DNA of 46,788 nucleotides from an uncultured Bacillales bacterium (lineage in GTDB: Bacteria; Bacillota_I; Bacilli_A; RFN20; CAG-826), in assembly GCA_947306345.1 (NCBI GenBank), contig CAMZGG010000002.1, positions 1-46,788 of the forward strand, given 5' to 3'. A model generated the notes under the pieces. The model saw only the letters and a list, made by a program, of their open reading frames with translations. It was not told the origin of the DNA and searched no databases. Shown here piece after piece: positions 17,562 to 25,962 of this stretch (the first letter of the stretch is position 1; each line of letters starts with the position of its first letter). Made by a program: the position numbers and the translations under genes.

Positions 17562-18399
17562 CTTTAGTTTATACACCTTTAGACTTTATCACTACTTACT
17601 CACCATCCGTGACACTCTTGAATACTCAATCAAGAGAGATCACACAGCTGAGATCTACAACAATCGTAAAAAGATCTTAGAAGAAAACTTAAAAGAAGGC
17701 ACACCTTTCGGTGATTTCTTAAAAAACAATGGTGAAGCTGGTGATAAAATCAGAGAAAAAGTCAGCTCATTCATCAATGACTTATATTCTGAAAACAGCA
17801 CAATCTTAATCCCATCTGGTGACAAGGTCCGTGTTGACTTCGGTCAAATGGTCACATTATTCGATATGACAGTTGGCTTAACAGAAACCATGAGAGATAT
17901 CGTTTTCCAATATCTCAACTATGGTATTCAAAACAAGGAAATCGACCAATTAATGCTTAAACTCGTCGATGAAGATGAAAGAATGTATCGTGTCGTCTTA
18001 GCAATGCTCGGTATGCGTGTCTTTGAAGAATCATTCGCTGAATTCCAAAAAGTCATGAACGAAAGCCAAGGCAAAGCCACACCACAAAGTAACTTCATCG
18101 TACAAAATGAACTTGCAGTTTATGCTAGATTATTACGCTTCTCACGTGCTCACGCTCACTGCACAGACAACGAAACACTCGACTTATTAGACGAAACAAA
18201 TCGTGTCTTAGAAATGACTGAAGGAAGAAGACAACGTCCAGATAACAAAGGTTTCAAAGAAATCTTCGATGATCTCAACAAGAGACTTAATGAAGCTGTT
18301 GCTAAAAACGAAGCTGCTTGGAAAGCAACATATCAACAAGTTGTTGCCGAAGTTACAAAGAGCAGTCAACAACCAGCGCCTGCTGAAGCTGCCAACTAA
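17554..18399 (+). CDS. hypothetical helical protein (no recognisable family)
   Basis: 281-aa ORF with host-like codon usage. Its ATG overlaps the upstream stop by 8 nt. I recognise no motif. Confidence 0.55.
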   Translation: MNNFSLYTFRLYHYLLTIRDTLEYSIKRDHTAEIYNNRKKILEENLKEGTPFGDFLKNNGEAGDKIREKVSSFINDLYSENSTILIPSGDKVRVDFGQMVTLFDMTVGLTETMRDIVFQYLNYGIQNKEIDQLMLKLVDEDERMYRVVLAMLGMRVFEESFAEFQKVMNESQGKATPQSNFIVQNELAVYARLLRFSRAHAHCTDNETLDLLDETNRVLEMTEGRRQRPDNKGFKEIFDDLNKRLNEAVAKNEAAWKATYQQVVAEVTKSSQQPAPAEAAN

Positions 18400-18417
18400 T
18401 AAAGGAGATTATGAATT

Positions 18418-18792
18418 ATGGCAAAAAAGAATAAATTACCAGTATCCATCTTTGAGTTAGTGTGGTATCCAATCTGTGCTTTAGTGATTCTTTGGGGCTT
18501 AACATATGTCGTTCTTGGTTTGGTAACCAAATACAACAATATTAATGCCTTAACAGAATTCAATGCTAACTTCACAAAGCAATTCGGCTTAAACCTCTAC
18601 TTCTGGGGCTTACTCATCATCGTTATCGGCGCTGTTGCCGGCGTCGCTGTGATGTTAATCTTTGCTAAAACATTTGATAGAGCAAGCGAAAAAGAACAAC
18701 GTCGTAGTGCTCGTCTCAATGCTTTAAAGAAAGATGACGAAAAAGTCGTCGCTGAACAACCAGCAGAAGTCGTTGAAGCTAAAGCTGAATAA
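18418..18792 (+). CDS. small membrane protein (2-3 TM) with a charged C-terminal tail
   Basis: AAAGGAG RBS 10 nt upstream. Hydrophobic helices are followed by a KE-rich tail. Confidence 0.6.
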   Translation: MAKKNKLPVSIFELVWYPICALVILWGLTYVVLGLVTKYNNINALTEFNANFTKQFGLNLYFWGLLIIVIGAVAGVAVMLIFAKTFDRASEKEQRRSARLNALKKDDEKVVAEQPAEVVEAKAE

Positions 18793-18815
18793 TTCTTCCA
18801 AAATATAAAATAACA

Positions 18816-18838
18816 GGGCCGAGTAGGCCCTTTTATTT
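18816..18838 (+). terminator. terminator of the 16710-18792 operon
   Basis: Stem GGGCC/GGCCC followed by TTTTATTT. Confidence 0.7.
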
Positions 18839-18844
18839 ATTTAA

Positions 18845-18875
18845 AATAAATAAAAAGAGCGAACTTAATCGCTCT
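18845..18875 (-). terminator. terminator after the 477-aa lipoprotein gene
   Basis: Stem AGAGCGA/TCGCTCT (18856-18862 / 18869-18875), flanked by A/T runs on both sides. Confidence 0.7.
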
Positions 18876-18885
18876 TTGTTTTTTA

Positions 18886-20319
18886 TTATTCGACGTTTGT
18901 ATGATTGAGTATGAAGTAAATCGATACCATGCTAGTTGATGATGTAGAAATCATTACTTGGAGGTTTGTTCCTTCATAAGTCAATATTATTGATGATTCG
19001 GTTTCGCTTGCAATAACGAAGCCCACTCTTGTTAATTGATTAGAATATGCACTAACCGCAGCTTCAACATTATTAACAGTCGCTGTCACGCCGAGCATAT
19101 CATAGTTTTCAAGTTTAATTGGTCCGAAGATTGAATAACCTGTACAACCAGAATATGAGAGTTCTGGAATGGTGACATTTAAGCCAACTTCTTGGAGGAA
19201 AGCATTAACTGTTTCAGTTGGGAAAGCATCGTCTTGATACATTGGATTCTTGGTAATAGCAATTGCTACTAGACTATCTTGTGCCACTGATGGTGAAACT
19301 AAGATTTCTTTCTTAACGTAGAGTTCTGAATCAGAAGAACTACCTAAGTCTAAGATGATATAACCCGTAGCAGCTAATTTTCTTCTGTAACTTTTAACGC
19401 ATTCTTCAGCATCGTCCACTGTTGCGAAGTTAGCGTAAACCATTGCAATTGTAGATGTGCCAAGATCGACACTCATAACGGCATATGCTTGAGCGTTTGT
19501 AATGGCTGGAATAGTGTAGTCATTTTTGAAACCAAATGATTTAATGGCTTCGTTAACTTGTTCTTCTGGCCAAGAAGTAATGGCATCAATAGTGGTGTGA
19601 GTTGGAGTCTTTTCTGTCAACTCATAGACCATGAAGTCATAACCTGTGGAGCCTTCTAAAGCAAGTTCAATAACATTTGTCTTGTAATAATAGAACATTG
19701 GATAGACTGTTTCTTCTTCGATAATCATACCGGCGACATTGAAATGTGTCATGGTGAAGTAGCCGAAGACAACGTTATCGTCTTTAACAGAGAATTCAAA
19801 ACCGCCTAAACCCACTGATTGGGCGTCATAGGCGAAGCCATCCATCATCATTCTATCCATGAACCATTCAACATTATCTTTATCAAAGATAGAGATTTTA
19901 GAACCTGTAAGCGCAGATTTTAACATAGCGATGGAATCAGCATCGGTTTCCGCACCTTCTCTGACATCTTTATAAGCAAATTCTTTATTAGCAACTTGTG
20001 AGTAATAATAGACAGATTCCCAAGCAGCTAATTCTGTTCCTGGAGTGGATAGTGTCGATTCTGAATAACTTGATGAAGCACTGCTTTCGCTTGATGAAGA
20101 AGTTGAACTTGAAGTAGCAGTGGAACTACTAGTAGAAGCACTACTTTCAACTGAACTAGTGGATGTTGCTTCACTAGAAGCATCAGATGTACTTGTTGTG
20201 GTTTCCACACTTGAGCTTTCCATTTTGCTTTCACTTGATGGGGTGATATTACAACCCGCTAAAGTAATAGAGGAAAGAAAGGCTAAACATGCTACTAATT
20301 TGATTTTATTTAATTTCAT
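18886..20319 (-). CDS. lipoprotein with a Ser/Thr-rich linker, unknown function
   Basis: MKLNKIKLVACLAFLSSITLAGC has a lipobox (LAGC). About 65 aa of S/T/E low complexity follow, then a ~380-aa globular part. AGGAGG RBS. Confidence 0.75.
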   Translation of the reverse strand: MKLNKIKLVACLAFLSSITLAGCNITPSSESKMESSSVETTTSTSDASSEATSTSSVESSASTSSSTATSSSTSSSSESSASSSYSESTLSTPGTELAAWESVYYYSQVANKEFAYKDVREGAETDADSIAMLKSALTGSKISIFDKDNVEWFMDRMMMDGFAYDAQSVGLGGFEFSVKDDNVVFGYFTMTHFNVAGMIIEEETVYPMFYYYKTNVIELALEGSTGYDFMVYELTEKTPTHTTIDAITSWPEEQVNEAIKSFGFKNDYTIPAITNAQAYAVMSVDLGTSTIAMVYANFATVDDAEECVKSYRRKLAATGYIILDLGSSSDSELYVKKEILVSPSVAQDSLVAIAITKNPMYQDDAFPTETVNAFLQEVGLNVTIPELSYSGCTGYSIFGPIKLENYDMLGVTATVNNVEAAVSAYSNQLTRVGFVIASETESSIILTYEGTNLQVMISTSSTSMVSIYFILNHTNVE

Positions 20320-20473
20320 ATTGTGGTCCTCCTAAGTATTAGACGTTACAAATGAACTTGTTAGCTAAATATTTTTTATGGTTTTTATTTTAAAGAAAAC
20401 TTATTTCTTAACAAAGAATAAGTTCAAAAAAGTGTCATATTTTCTAACAAACTTTCAAAAAAGTCACAATAAA

Positions 20474-20503
20474 ACAATAAAAAACACGTAGCGAACTACG
20501 TGT
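20474..20503 (-). terminator. terminator downstream of tRNA-Ser(GGA)
   Basis: Stem ACACGTAG/CTACGTGT with loop CGAA, followed by a T-run on the minus strand. Confidence 0.8.
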
Positions 20504-20516
20504 CTAGCTAACGTTC

Positions 20517-20607
20517 TGGCGGAGGAAGAGGGATTTGAACCCTCGCACACTGTTACATGTCTACGAGCTTTCCAAGCCCGCCCCTTCAGCCTCTTGGGTA
20601 TTCCTCC
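20517..20607 (-). tRNA. tRNA-Ser (anticodon GGA), CCA encoded
   Basis: Reverse complement is GGAGGAA-TA-CCCAAGAGGCTGAAGGG..; anticodon stem CGGGC/GCTCG with loop TTGGAAA; long variable arm; T-arm GAGGGTTCAAATCCCTC; ends TTCCTCC-G-CCA. Confidence 0.9.
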
Positions 20608-20700
20608 GTATGGCTGAACAATATTTGAACGTGCGAATAGTATTATAACAAAAAAATTAAATTAGTCACTCTTTATTTAATAAAATAATTTTTTTACAAT

Positions 20701-21690
20701 ATGAATATGCGAATATTCAAGGTTCAACAAAGTGAAGAAGGACAAACACTAGAGAAGTATATTCAAAAACTCCTTGTGTCCGCTCCTACATCCTTTATTT
20801 ATAAAATATTTAGGAAAAAAGACGTTAAAGTTAACGGTCATCATGAAGACAAGAAATTTAGATTAACTGCAGATGATGAAGTAGCAATCTACATTACTGA
20901 AGACCAATTTAATGATTTCTTAAAAGAAAAAGCCTATCAACCAAATAATCAAATTAAAGATTGGATTATCTATGAGGATGAGAATGTTTTATTTGTAAAT
21001 AAACCAAGAGGTCTATTAGTCCAAAAGAGTGCTCCTCAAGATGAATCATTAGATCAAATGGTCGTGGAATATCTTATTTATAAAGGTGAATATAAGCCAG
21101 AACAAGAAGTGGCCTTTAAACCAGGACCAGCGCATCGTCTTGATAGAAATACATCTGGCATCGTCGCTTTTGGTAAAAACCATCAAACATTAGAACTACT
21201 TTTTGAATTATTTAAAAATCACGATTTAATTAATAAACATTATTTAGCCTTAGTGGTGGGCCAAGTGGAAAAAGATAAAGGCAACATCAACGCCCCTCTT
21301 AAAAAGGATGAAAAGAATAACACCGTGACTGTTGCTCCTTTAAATAAAGGAGGAAAGACCGCTAAAACGGTCTATAAAGTTATGAAAAGATATAGTGACT
21401 ACTCTTTATTAGACGTCACTCTTTTAACCGGTAGAACCCACCAAATCAGAGTGCATCTTGCCTACATTAATCATCCAATTATTGGGGATGAAAAATATGG
21501 CGACTTTACCGTTAATCGAATCTTTAAACAAAAGTATGGTTTCAATAAACAATTCTTACACGCCTATAAGATTGGTTTTGGTGATTTGCCCACACCTTTA
21601 ACTAACTTAAGCAGAAAAGAATTCACCGCTGAACCAAATGAAGAAATTGCAAATATTCTAACTAAGTTAGACAATATAGATGGGGAGTAA
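20701..21690 (+). CDS. RluA-family 23S rRNA pseudouridine synthase (RluD-like, with N-terminal S4 domain)
   Basis: HRLDRNTSG catalytic motif and TGRTHQIRVH. The start may instead be ATG at 20707 (MRIFKV), 6 nt after a TACAAT box. Confidence 0.85.
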   Translation: MNMRIFKVQQSEEGQTLEKYIQKLLVSAPTSFIYKIFRKKDVKVNGHHEDKKFRLTADDEVAIYITEDQFNDFLKEKAYQPNNQIKDWIIYEDENVLFVNKPRGLLVQKSAPQDESLDQMVVEYLIYKGEYKPEQEVAFKPGPAHRLDRNTSGIVAFGKNHQTLELLFELFKNHDLINKHYLALVVGQVEKDKGNINAPLKKDEKNNTVTVAPLNKGGKTAKTVYKVMKRYSDYSLLDVTLLTGRTHQIRVHLAYINHPIIGDEKYGDFTVNRIFKQKYGFNKQFLHAYKIGFGDLPTPLTNLSRKEFTAEPNEEIANILTKLDNIDGE

Positions 21691-21695
21691 ACTAT

Positions 21696-23396
21696 ATGAG
21701 CACTAAAGAAAATTATTTACGTTGGTTAAATTCACCAAAAGTTAATGAACAAGATAAAGAAATCTTGAGAAAGATGGATCAAAAAGAAATTGATGATGCT
21801 TTCTTCAAAGATGTGGAATTCGGTACCGCTGGTATGAGAGGTGTTCTAGGACCAGGTACAAATAGAATGAATAACTTCACAGTGAAAAAAGCCACTGTGG
21901 CGTTTGCTAAATATTTATTAGAACTCTTCCCAAACGCAAAAGCGGAAGGTGTCGTAATTTCTCACGATAATAGACACATGTCGCGTGAATTTACTCTTTT
22001 AAGCGCTGAAACACTTAATGATTTTGGTATTAAAACATATATCTTTGATGCTTTAAGACCAACACCTGAATTATCATTCGCTGTCCGTTATTTAAAGGCC
22101 TGCGCTGGTATCATGATCACCGCTAGCCATAATCCTAAACAATATAATGGTTACAAAGTCTATGATGAAACGGGCTGCCAATTAGTGCCTGATAAAATCA
22201 AACGCTTATTAGAAATCATTGATTCCCTTCCAAATGAATTAGAAGTGGAATACGAAGTAGAAAAACAAAGAGGGGAAAATATCCTCTTAGATAATAAAGT
22301 TGATGATGAATACGTTAGACTCGTTGAAAGCATCGCTATTAATAAGGATTTAGATAAATCTAACTTCAAAGTGGTCTTCACTCCTAACCATGGTACTTCC
22401 TATGTTAATTCCATGAGAATCTTCAAGGATTTAGGCTATAGAATCTACCCAGTTATGAGTCAAGTCGCTCCAGACCCAGATTTCTCTGGCACATTATCAC
22501 CAAACCCAGAAGACGCGAGGTCATTTATTGAACCAATCAAACTCGCTAAAGAGATTGATGCGGACTTAATCGTTATGACTGACCCAGATGGTGATCGTGT
22601 GGGCTTAGGCTATAAAGCTAAAGACGGTAGTTATCAAACCTTAACGGGTAATCAAAGTGCCGCTTTATTAATGGACTATATCTTCTCCCAAAAGAAAGAA
22701 AAAGGCACCCTAAGTGATAATGGTGTCATGTACTACACAATCGTGACTTCCTCTCTAGGTGGTGATGTCGCTAGACACTACGGTGTCAAAGTTGAAGAAT
22801 TCTTAACTGGTTTTAAATTCATTGGTAATCGTATTGATTATTATGAAAAACTTGGCCATGGTCCTAAGTTTGAATTCGGTTATGAAGAAAGCTATGGTTG
22901 CTTAATCGCTCCATTTGCCAGAGATAAAGATGGCTGCCAAGCAATCTTAATGTACTGTGAAATGGCACTCTTCTATTTCTTAAAAGGTATGAGACTTGAT
23001 GAAGCGTGGGATGATTTATGCAAACGCTTTGGCTATCACCAAGATATAACATACTCTATGGAATTCTTCGGTAGTGAAGGTCAAGCCAAGATGAATAATC
23101 TCATGAATACCTTACACAATGACCCATTCATTGAAATCAATGGCTTAAAAGTGGTGAAGGTTGATGATATTGAAAAAGGTCAAAGAATTACCAAAGATGG
23201 TAAAGAACCTCTCAACTTACCAAAATCTAATGTTGTTAAACTCTATTTGGAAGATGGTAGTATCGTCACTGTTAGGCCAAGTGGTACTGAACCAAAAGTT
23301 AAATTCTATGTTGGCACAGTCTTAAAGGAAAAACCAAAAGACAATTCCTTCCCAGAAGCATTGTTCAATAGCATTAAAGAAACATTGCACTTATAA
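21696..23396 (+). CDS. phospho-sugar mutase (alpha-phosphoglucomutase / phosphomannomutase family)
   Basis: Active-site TASHNPKQYNGYK and metal loop DPDGDR. 566 aa. Confidence 0.9.
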   Translation: MSTKENYLRWLNSPKVNEQDKEILRKMDQKEIDDAFFKDVEFGTAGMRGVLGPGTNRMNNFTVKKATVAFAKYLLELFPNAKAEGVVISHDNRHMSREFTLLSAETLNDFGIKTYIFDALRPTPELSFAVRYLKACAGIMITASHNPKQYNGYKVYDETGCQLVPDKIKRLLEIIDSLPNELEVEYEVEKQRGENILLDNKVDDEYVRLVESIAINKDLDKSNFKVVFTPNHGTSYVNSMRIFKDLGYRIYPVMSQVAPDPDFSGTLSPNPEDARSFIEPIKLAKEIDADLIVMTDPDGDRVGLGYKAKDGSYQTLTGNQSAALLMDYIFSQKKEKGTLSDNGVMYYTIVTSSLGGDVARHYGVKVEEFLTGFKFIGNRIDYYEKLGHGPKFEFGYEESYGCLIAPFARDKDGCQAILMYCEMALFYFLKGMRLDEAWDDLCKRFGYHQDITYSMEFFGSEGQAKMNNLMNTLHNDPFIEINGLKVVKVDDIEKGQRITKDGKEPLNLPKSNVVKLYLEDGSIVTVRPSGTEPKVKFYVGTVLKEKPKDNSFPEALFNSIKETLHL

Positions 23397-23430
23397 AAAA
23401 AGACCAAGGATTTATTCCTTGGTTTTCTTT
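23394..23430. terminator. bidirectional terminator between the convergent mutase and trpS genes
   Basis: Stem ACCAAGGA/TCCTTGGT (23403-23410 / 23416-23423), flanked by A7 on the left and TTTTCTTT on the right. Confidence 0.85.
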
Positions 23431-24415
23431 AGATTTGTAATAAGCCAACGGCTTTTTGAATTCTCTTGAGAGTTTCGTTAGCAATCTTGCTAGCCTTTTC
23501 AGCGCCTTGTCTAAGGACTGCTTCATAGCTCTTGTTAGCAATGATTTCTTTATAACGGTTTTGGAATGGTTCAAGTTCTTCGATAACGGCATCCGCGACC
23601 GCTTTTTTGAAGTCGCCATAACGGTAGCCTTCAAATCTCTTTTCCGCTTCAGGAATTTCAATGTCCTTCATCGCACAATAGATTTGAATTAAGTTAGAGA
23701 TACCTGGTTTATTTTCTGGATCATATTTAACTTCACAGCCCATATCAGTAACTGCGGACATAATCTTTTTACGGATGACCGCTGGTTCATCTTTAAGGAA
23801 GACATCACCTTTAGGATCTGACTTACTCATTTTGACAGTTGGGTCACTTAAAGACATGATTCTTTTACCGACTTTACGGAGTTCCGCTTTTGGCATAACT
23901 AAGAGGTCACCATAACGGTTGTTGAAGCGGTTAACTAGGTCACGTGTTAACTCAATGTGTTGAACTTGGTCTTCGCCGACTGGGATGATATTAGCGTCAT
24001 AAAGGACAATATCACACGCCATTAAGACTGGGTAAGCAAATAAGCCTAAGCCAATAGCGTTTTCTTTTAATTTAGCGGACTTATCTTTGAATTGAGTCAT
24101 ACGGGATAACTCACCCATGTATAAGTAGTTTTGCATAATAGCATTTAATTCAGCATGCGCGGAAACGCTACTTTGTAAAAACATTGCGCTCTTATTTGGA
24201 TCAAGACCAGCGGCTAAATAGAAAGCTGCTAAGTCGATGGAATTTTGTCTTAATACTTCTGGGTCAATTGGTAAAGTTAAGGCATGAAGGTCCGCGATGA
24301 AAATGAAACACTCACCACGATCCATAGTGTTTTTTAAATTCTTTAAAACAGCAATATAATTGCCTAATGTTAATTGTCCGGTTGGTTTAATACCAGTTAA
24401 TATACGTTCTGCCAT
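23429..24415 (-). CDS. trpS: tryptophan--tRNA ligase
   Basis: Class I motifs (TGIKPTG.LTLGNY, KMSKS) and a 328-aa length typical of TrpRS. Confidence 0.95.
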   Translation of the reverse strand: MAERILTGIKPTGQLTLGNYIAVLKNLKNTMDRGECFIFIADLHALTLPIDPEVLRQNSIDLAAFYLAAGLDPNKSAMFLQSSVSAHAELNAIMQNYLYMGELSRMTQFKDKSAKLKENAIGLGLFAYPVLMACDIVLYDANIIPVGEDQVQHIELTRDLVNRFNNRYGDLLVMPKAELRKVGKRIMSLSDPTVKMSKSDPKGDVFLKDEPAVIRKKIMSAVTDMGCEVKYDPENKPGISNLIQIYCAMKDIEIPEAEKRFEGYRYGDFKKAVADAVIEELEPFQNRYKEIIANKSYEAVLRQGAEKASKIANETLKRIQKAVGLLQI

Positions 24416-24514
24416 AATTTTATCCGCCTTGCTTATCTAGTTTAGTCTTTAACGAGACTAATTTCAAATACATATTGTTTGTTTTCTTAAAGAAAATCGT
24501 TATACTATCAACGT

Positions 24515-24949
24515 ATGATAAAAATTTACACCTCACCTTCTTGTAGTTCCTGTCGCAAAGTCAAAAAATGGTTCATGGATCAAAACATCCCATTTATTGA
24601 AAAGAATATTTTTGTTGCGACACTTAACGAACAAGAATTAACCGATATATTAATGAAGAGTGAAAATGGTACCGAAGATATCATTTCCACTAAGAGTAAG
24701 ATTGTTAAAGAAAACGATTTAGACATCGATTCCATGACAGTCAAACAATTAATCAGCTTCATTAAAGAAAATCCATCAGTATTAAAAAGACCAATTATCG
24801 TTGATGACCATCGTATTCAAGTAGGTTATAACCCAGATGAAATTAGATCGTTCATTCCTCACGCTCGTCGTTTAGCGGAATGGGCATGTAAAAATGATAA
24901 CTGTCCACAATACGATACATGTGGTCACTCAGGTACAGAAAAGGCTTAA
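24515..24949 (+). CDS. spx: Spx/ArsC-family global regulator with an extra Cys-rich C-terminal tail
   Basis: Colinear with B. subtilis Spx from MIKIYTSPSCSSCRK (CxxC) to ..VGYNPDEIRSFIP. It then diverges into EWACKNDNCPQYDTCGHSGTEKA. Confidence 0.88.
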   Translation: MIKIYTSPSCSSCRKVKKWFMDQNIPFIEKNIFVATLNEQELTDILMKSENGTEDIISTKSKIVKENDLDIDSMTVKQLISFIKENPSVLKRPIIVDDHRIQVGYNPDEIRSFIPHARRLAEWACKNDNCPQYDTCGHSGTEKA

Positions 24950-25557
24950 TCGTTATTAAGCTTTTTTAATGCTTCATCGATTGCACGTCTGGCTTTGCCG
25001 ACGTATTTTTCTTTAGAAACAGTTAAGTTAAATTTTTCGATATATTCTTTTAAGGTGTTTTTTGCGTGTTTGATGCCAATCTTTGATTCGACTTCTAAAT
25101 TATAGTCAACAATATCACCATAAGTGTTCTTATCGATGACTAAAGTATGATCTTCATATTCAATTTCTAAACGTCTGTTATATAAAGAAGCGATACGATG
25201 ATATTTATCTAATGAATAGGGTAAAAGCATTAAGCGATTTCTCACTTGTCCATATGGGAAGATATTCTGTTCAAGAAGAAGTTCTTGTTCTTTAGGCGCT
25301 AAGCCATCCGTAATCTCTTCGTCTCCGTTATCGCCTTTAATCTTTAAAGTGAGTTCGCTTTTAACATCATTGATGATTCTAACTCTTAAGGTCATATGTT
25401 GACCTCTTAAGAACAAGTCATCTGTATCGTAATAGTGGTTAGCGTTTTGTAAGAAATGTTTATTAGGTTCAATATTCATGTAATAAGTCACAATAAAAAA
25501 GTATTGTTCCTCAGTTAGCATTAATCTTGTTTCGTATTCTTTTTGGCTCATAATCAT
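24946..25557 (-). CDS. CYTH-domain protein (YjbK-like triphosphatase fold)
   Basis: N-terminal E-x-E/T-x-R/K strand (EYETRLML) and alternating charged beta-strand pattern. The track start at 25569 is TTG. ATG at 25557 or 25551 is possible. Confidence 0.6.
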   Translation of the reverse strand: MIMSQKEYETRLMLTEEQYFFIVTYYMNIEPNKHFLQNANHYYDTDDLFLRGQHMTLRVRIINDVKSELTLKIKGDNGDEEITDGLAPKEQELLLEQNIFPYGQVRNRLMLLPYSLDKYHRIASLYNRRLEIEYEDHTLVIDKNTYGDIVDYNLEVESKIGIKHAKNTLKEYIEKFNLTVSKEKYVGKARRAIDEALKKLNND

Positions 25558-25590
25558 TTCTTTTTTCAAACTTTTAGACTATTATATCAT

Positions 25591-25962
25591 ATGGTTATGA
25601 AATTCAATTTATTAAATAGTTCGACGTTGCCTACATATTTAATCGCCATCATCATTGCTGGCTGTTTAATAGTAGTGGCCGTCCTTATATTCTTAGTCAT
25701 CTTTTTCGGCAAGAGAAAGAAGAATTCAATCGTCGACGCTTCCGCTTGGCTTAATGCTTTAGGTGGCAAAGAAAACATCGCTAGTGTTTCGGCAATTGGC
25801 TCAAGAATTAACTTATCCCTTAAAGATAAAGAAAAAATTGACCGCGAGAAGCTCACTTCCTTAGGGGTCAATAGTGTTCTTGTAATGTCTAATAAGGTGA
25901 CATTAGTAATTAATAACGCTGTTGATGTTGCGGAAACAATATCTAACGGCATTAAAGACTAA
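25591..25962 (+). CDS. membrane-anchored PTS EIIB(Glc)-like domain protein lacking the phospho-cysteine
   Basis: TM helix followed by ..WLNALGGKENIASVSAIGSRINLSLKD..., which matches the EIIB pattern alGGkeNI..v.hCaTRLRf.lkD but has Ile in place of Cys. The track start at 25543 overlaps the divergent gene, so I prefer ATG at 25591. Confidence 0.55.
   Translation: MVMKFNLLNSSTLPTYLIAIIIAGCLIVVAVLIFLVIFFGKRKKNSIVDASAWLNALGGKENIASVSAIGSRINLSLKDKEKIDREKLTSLGVNSVLVMSNKVTLVINNAVDVAETISNGIKD

Noticed and set aside
20028-20335. Two ORFs (20028-20234 minus, 20120-20335 plus) inside the lipoprotein gene
   Set aside because: They are frame artefacts of the repetitive Ser/Thr-coding DNA. The lipoprotein frame has a lipobox, an RBS and a long globular domain.
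23374-23661. 95-aa minus-strand ORF overlapping the 3' end of trpS
   Set aside because: It is an alternative frame of the well-supported trpS gene and of the bidirectional terminator, with a Lys/Arg-rich nonsense composition.
24416-24514. Possible T-box leaders upstream of trpS (here) and of proS (35110-35114)
   Set aside because: The trpS upstream region is 99 nt, has no specifier or T-box sequence, and is shared with the spx promoter. proS starts 5 nt after the preceding gene.
25587-25952. 121-aa minus-strand ORF antisense to the EIIB-like gene
   Set aside because: It has no motif, no RBS and no hydrophobic pattern. The plus-strand frame shows a TM helix and an EIIB-like domain. Strand choice still deserves an RNA-seq check.
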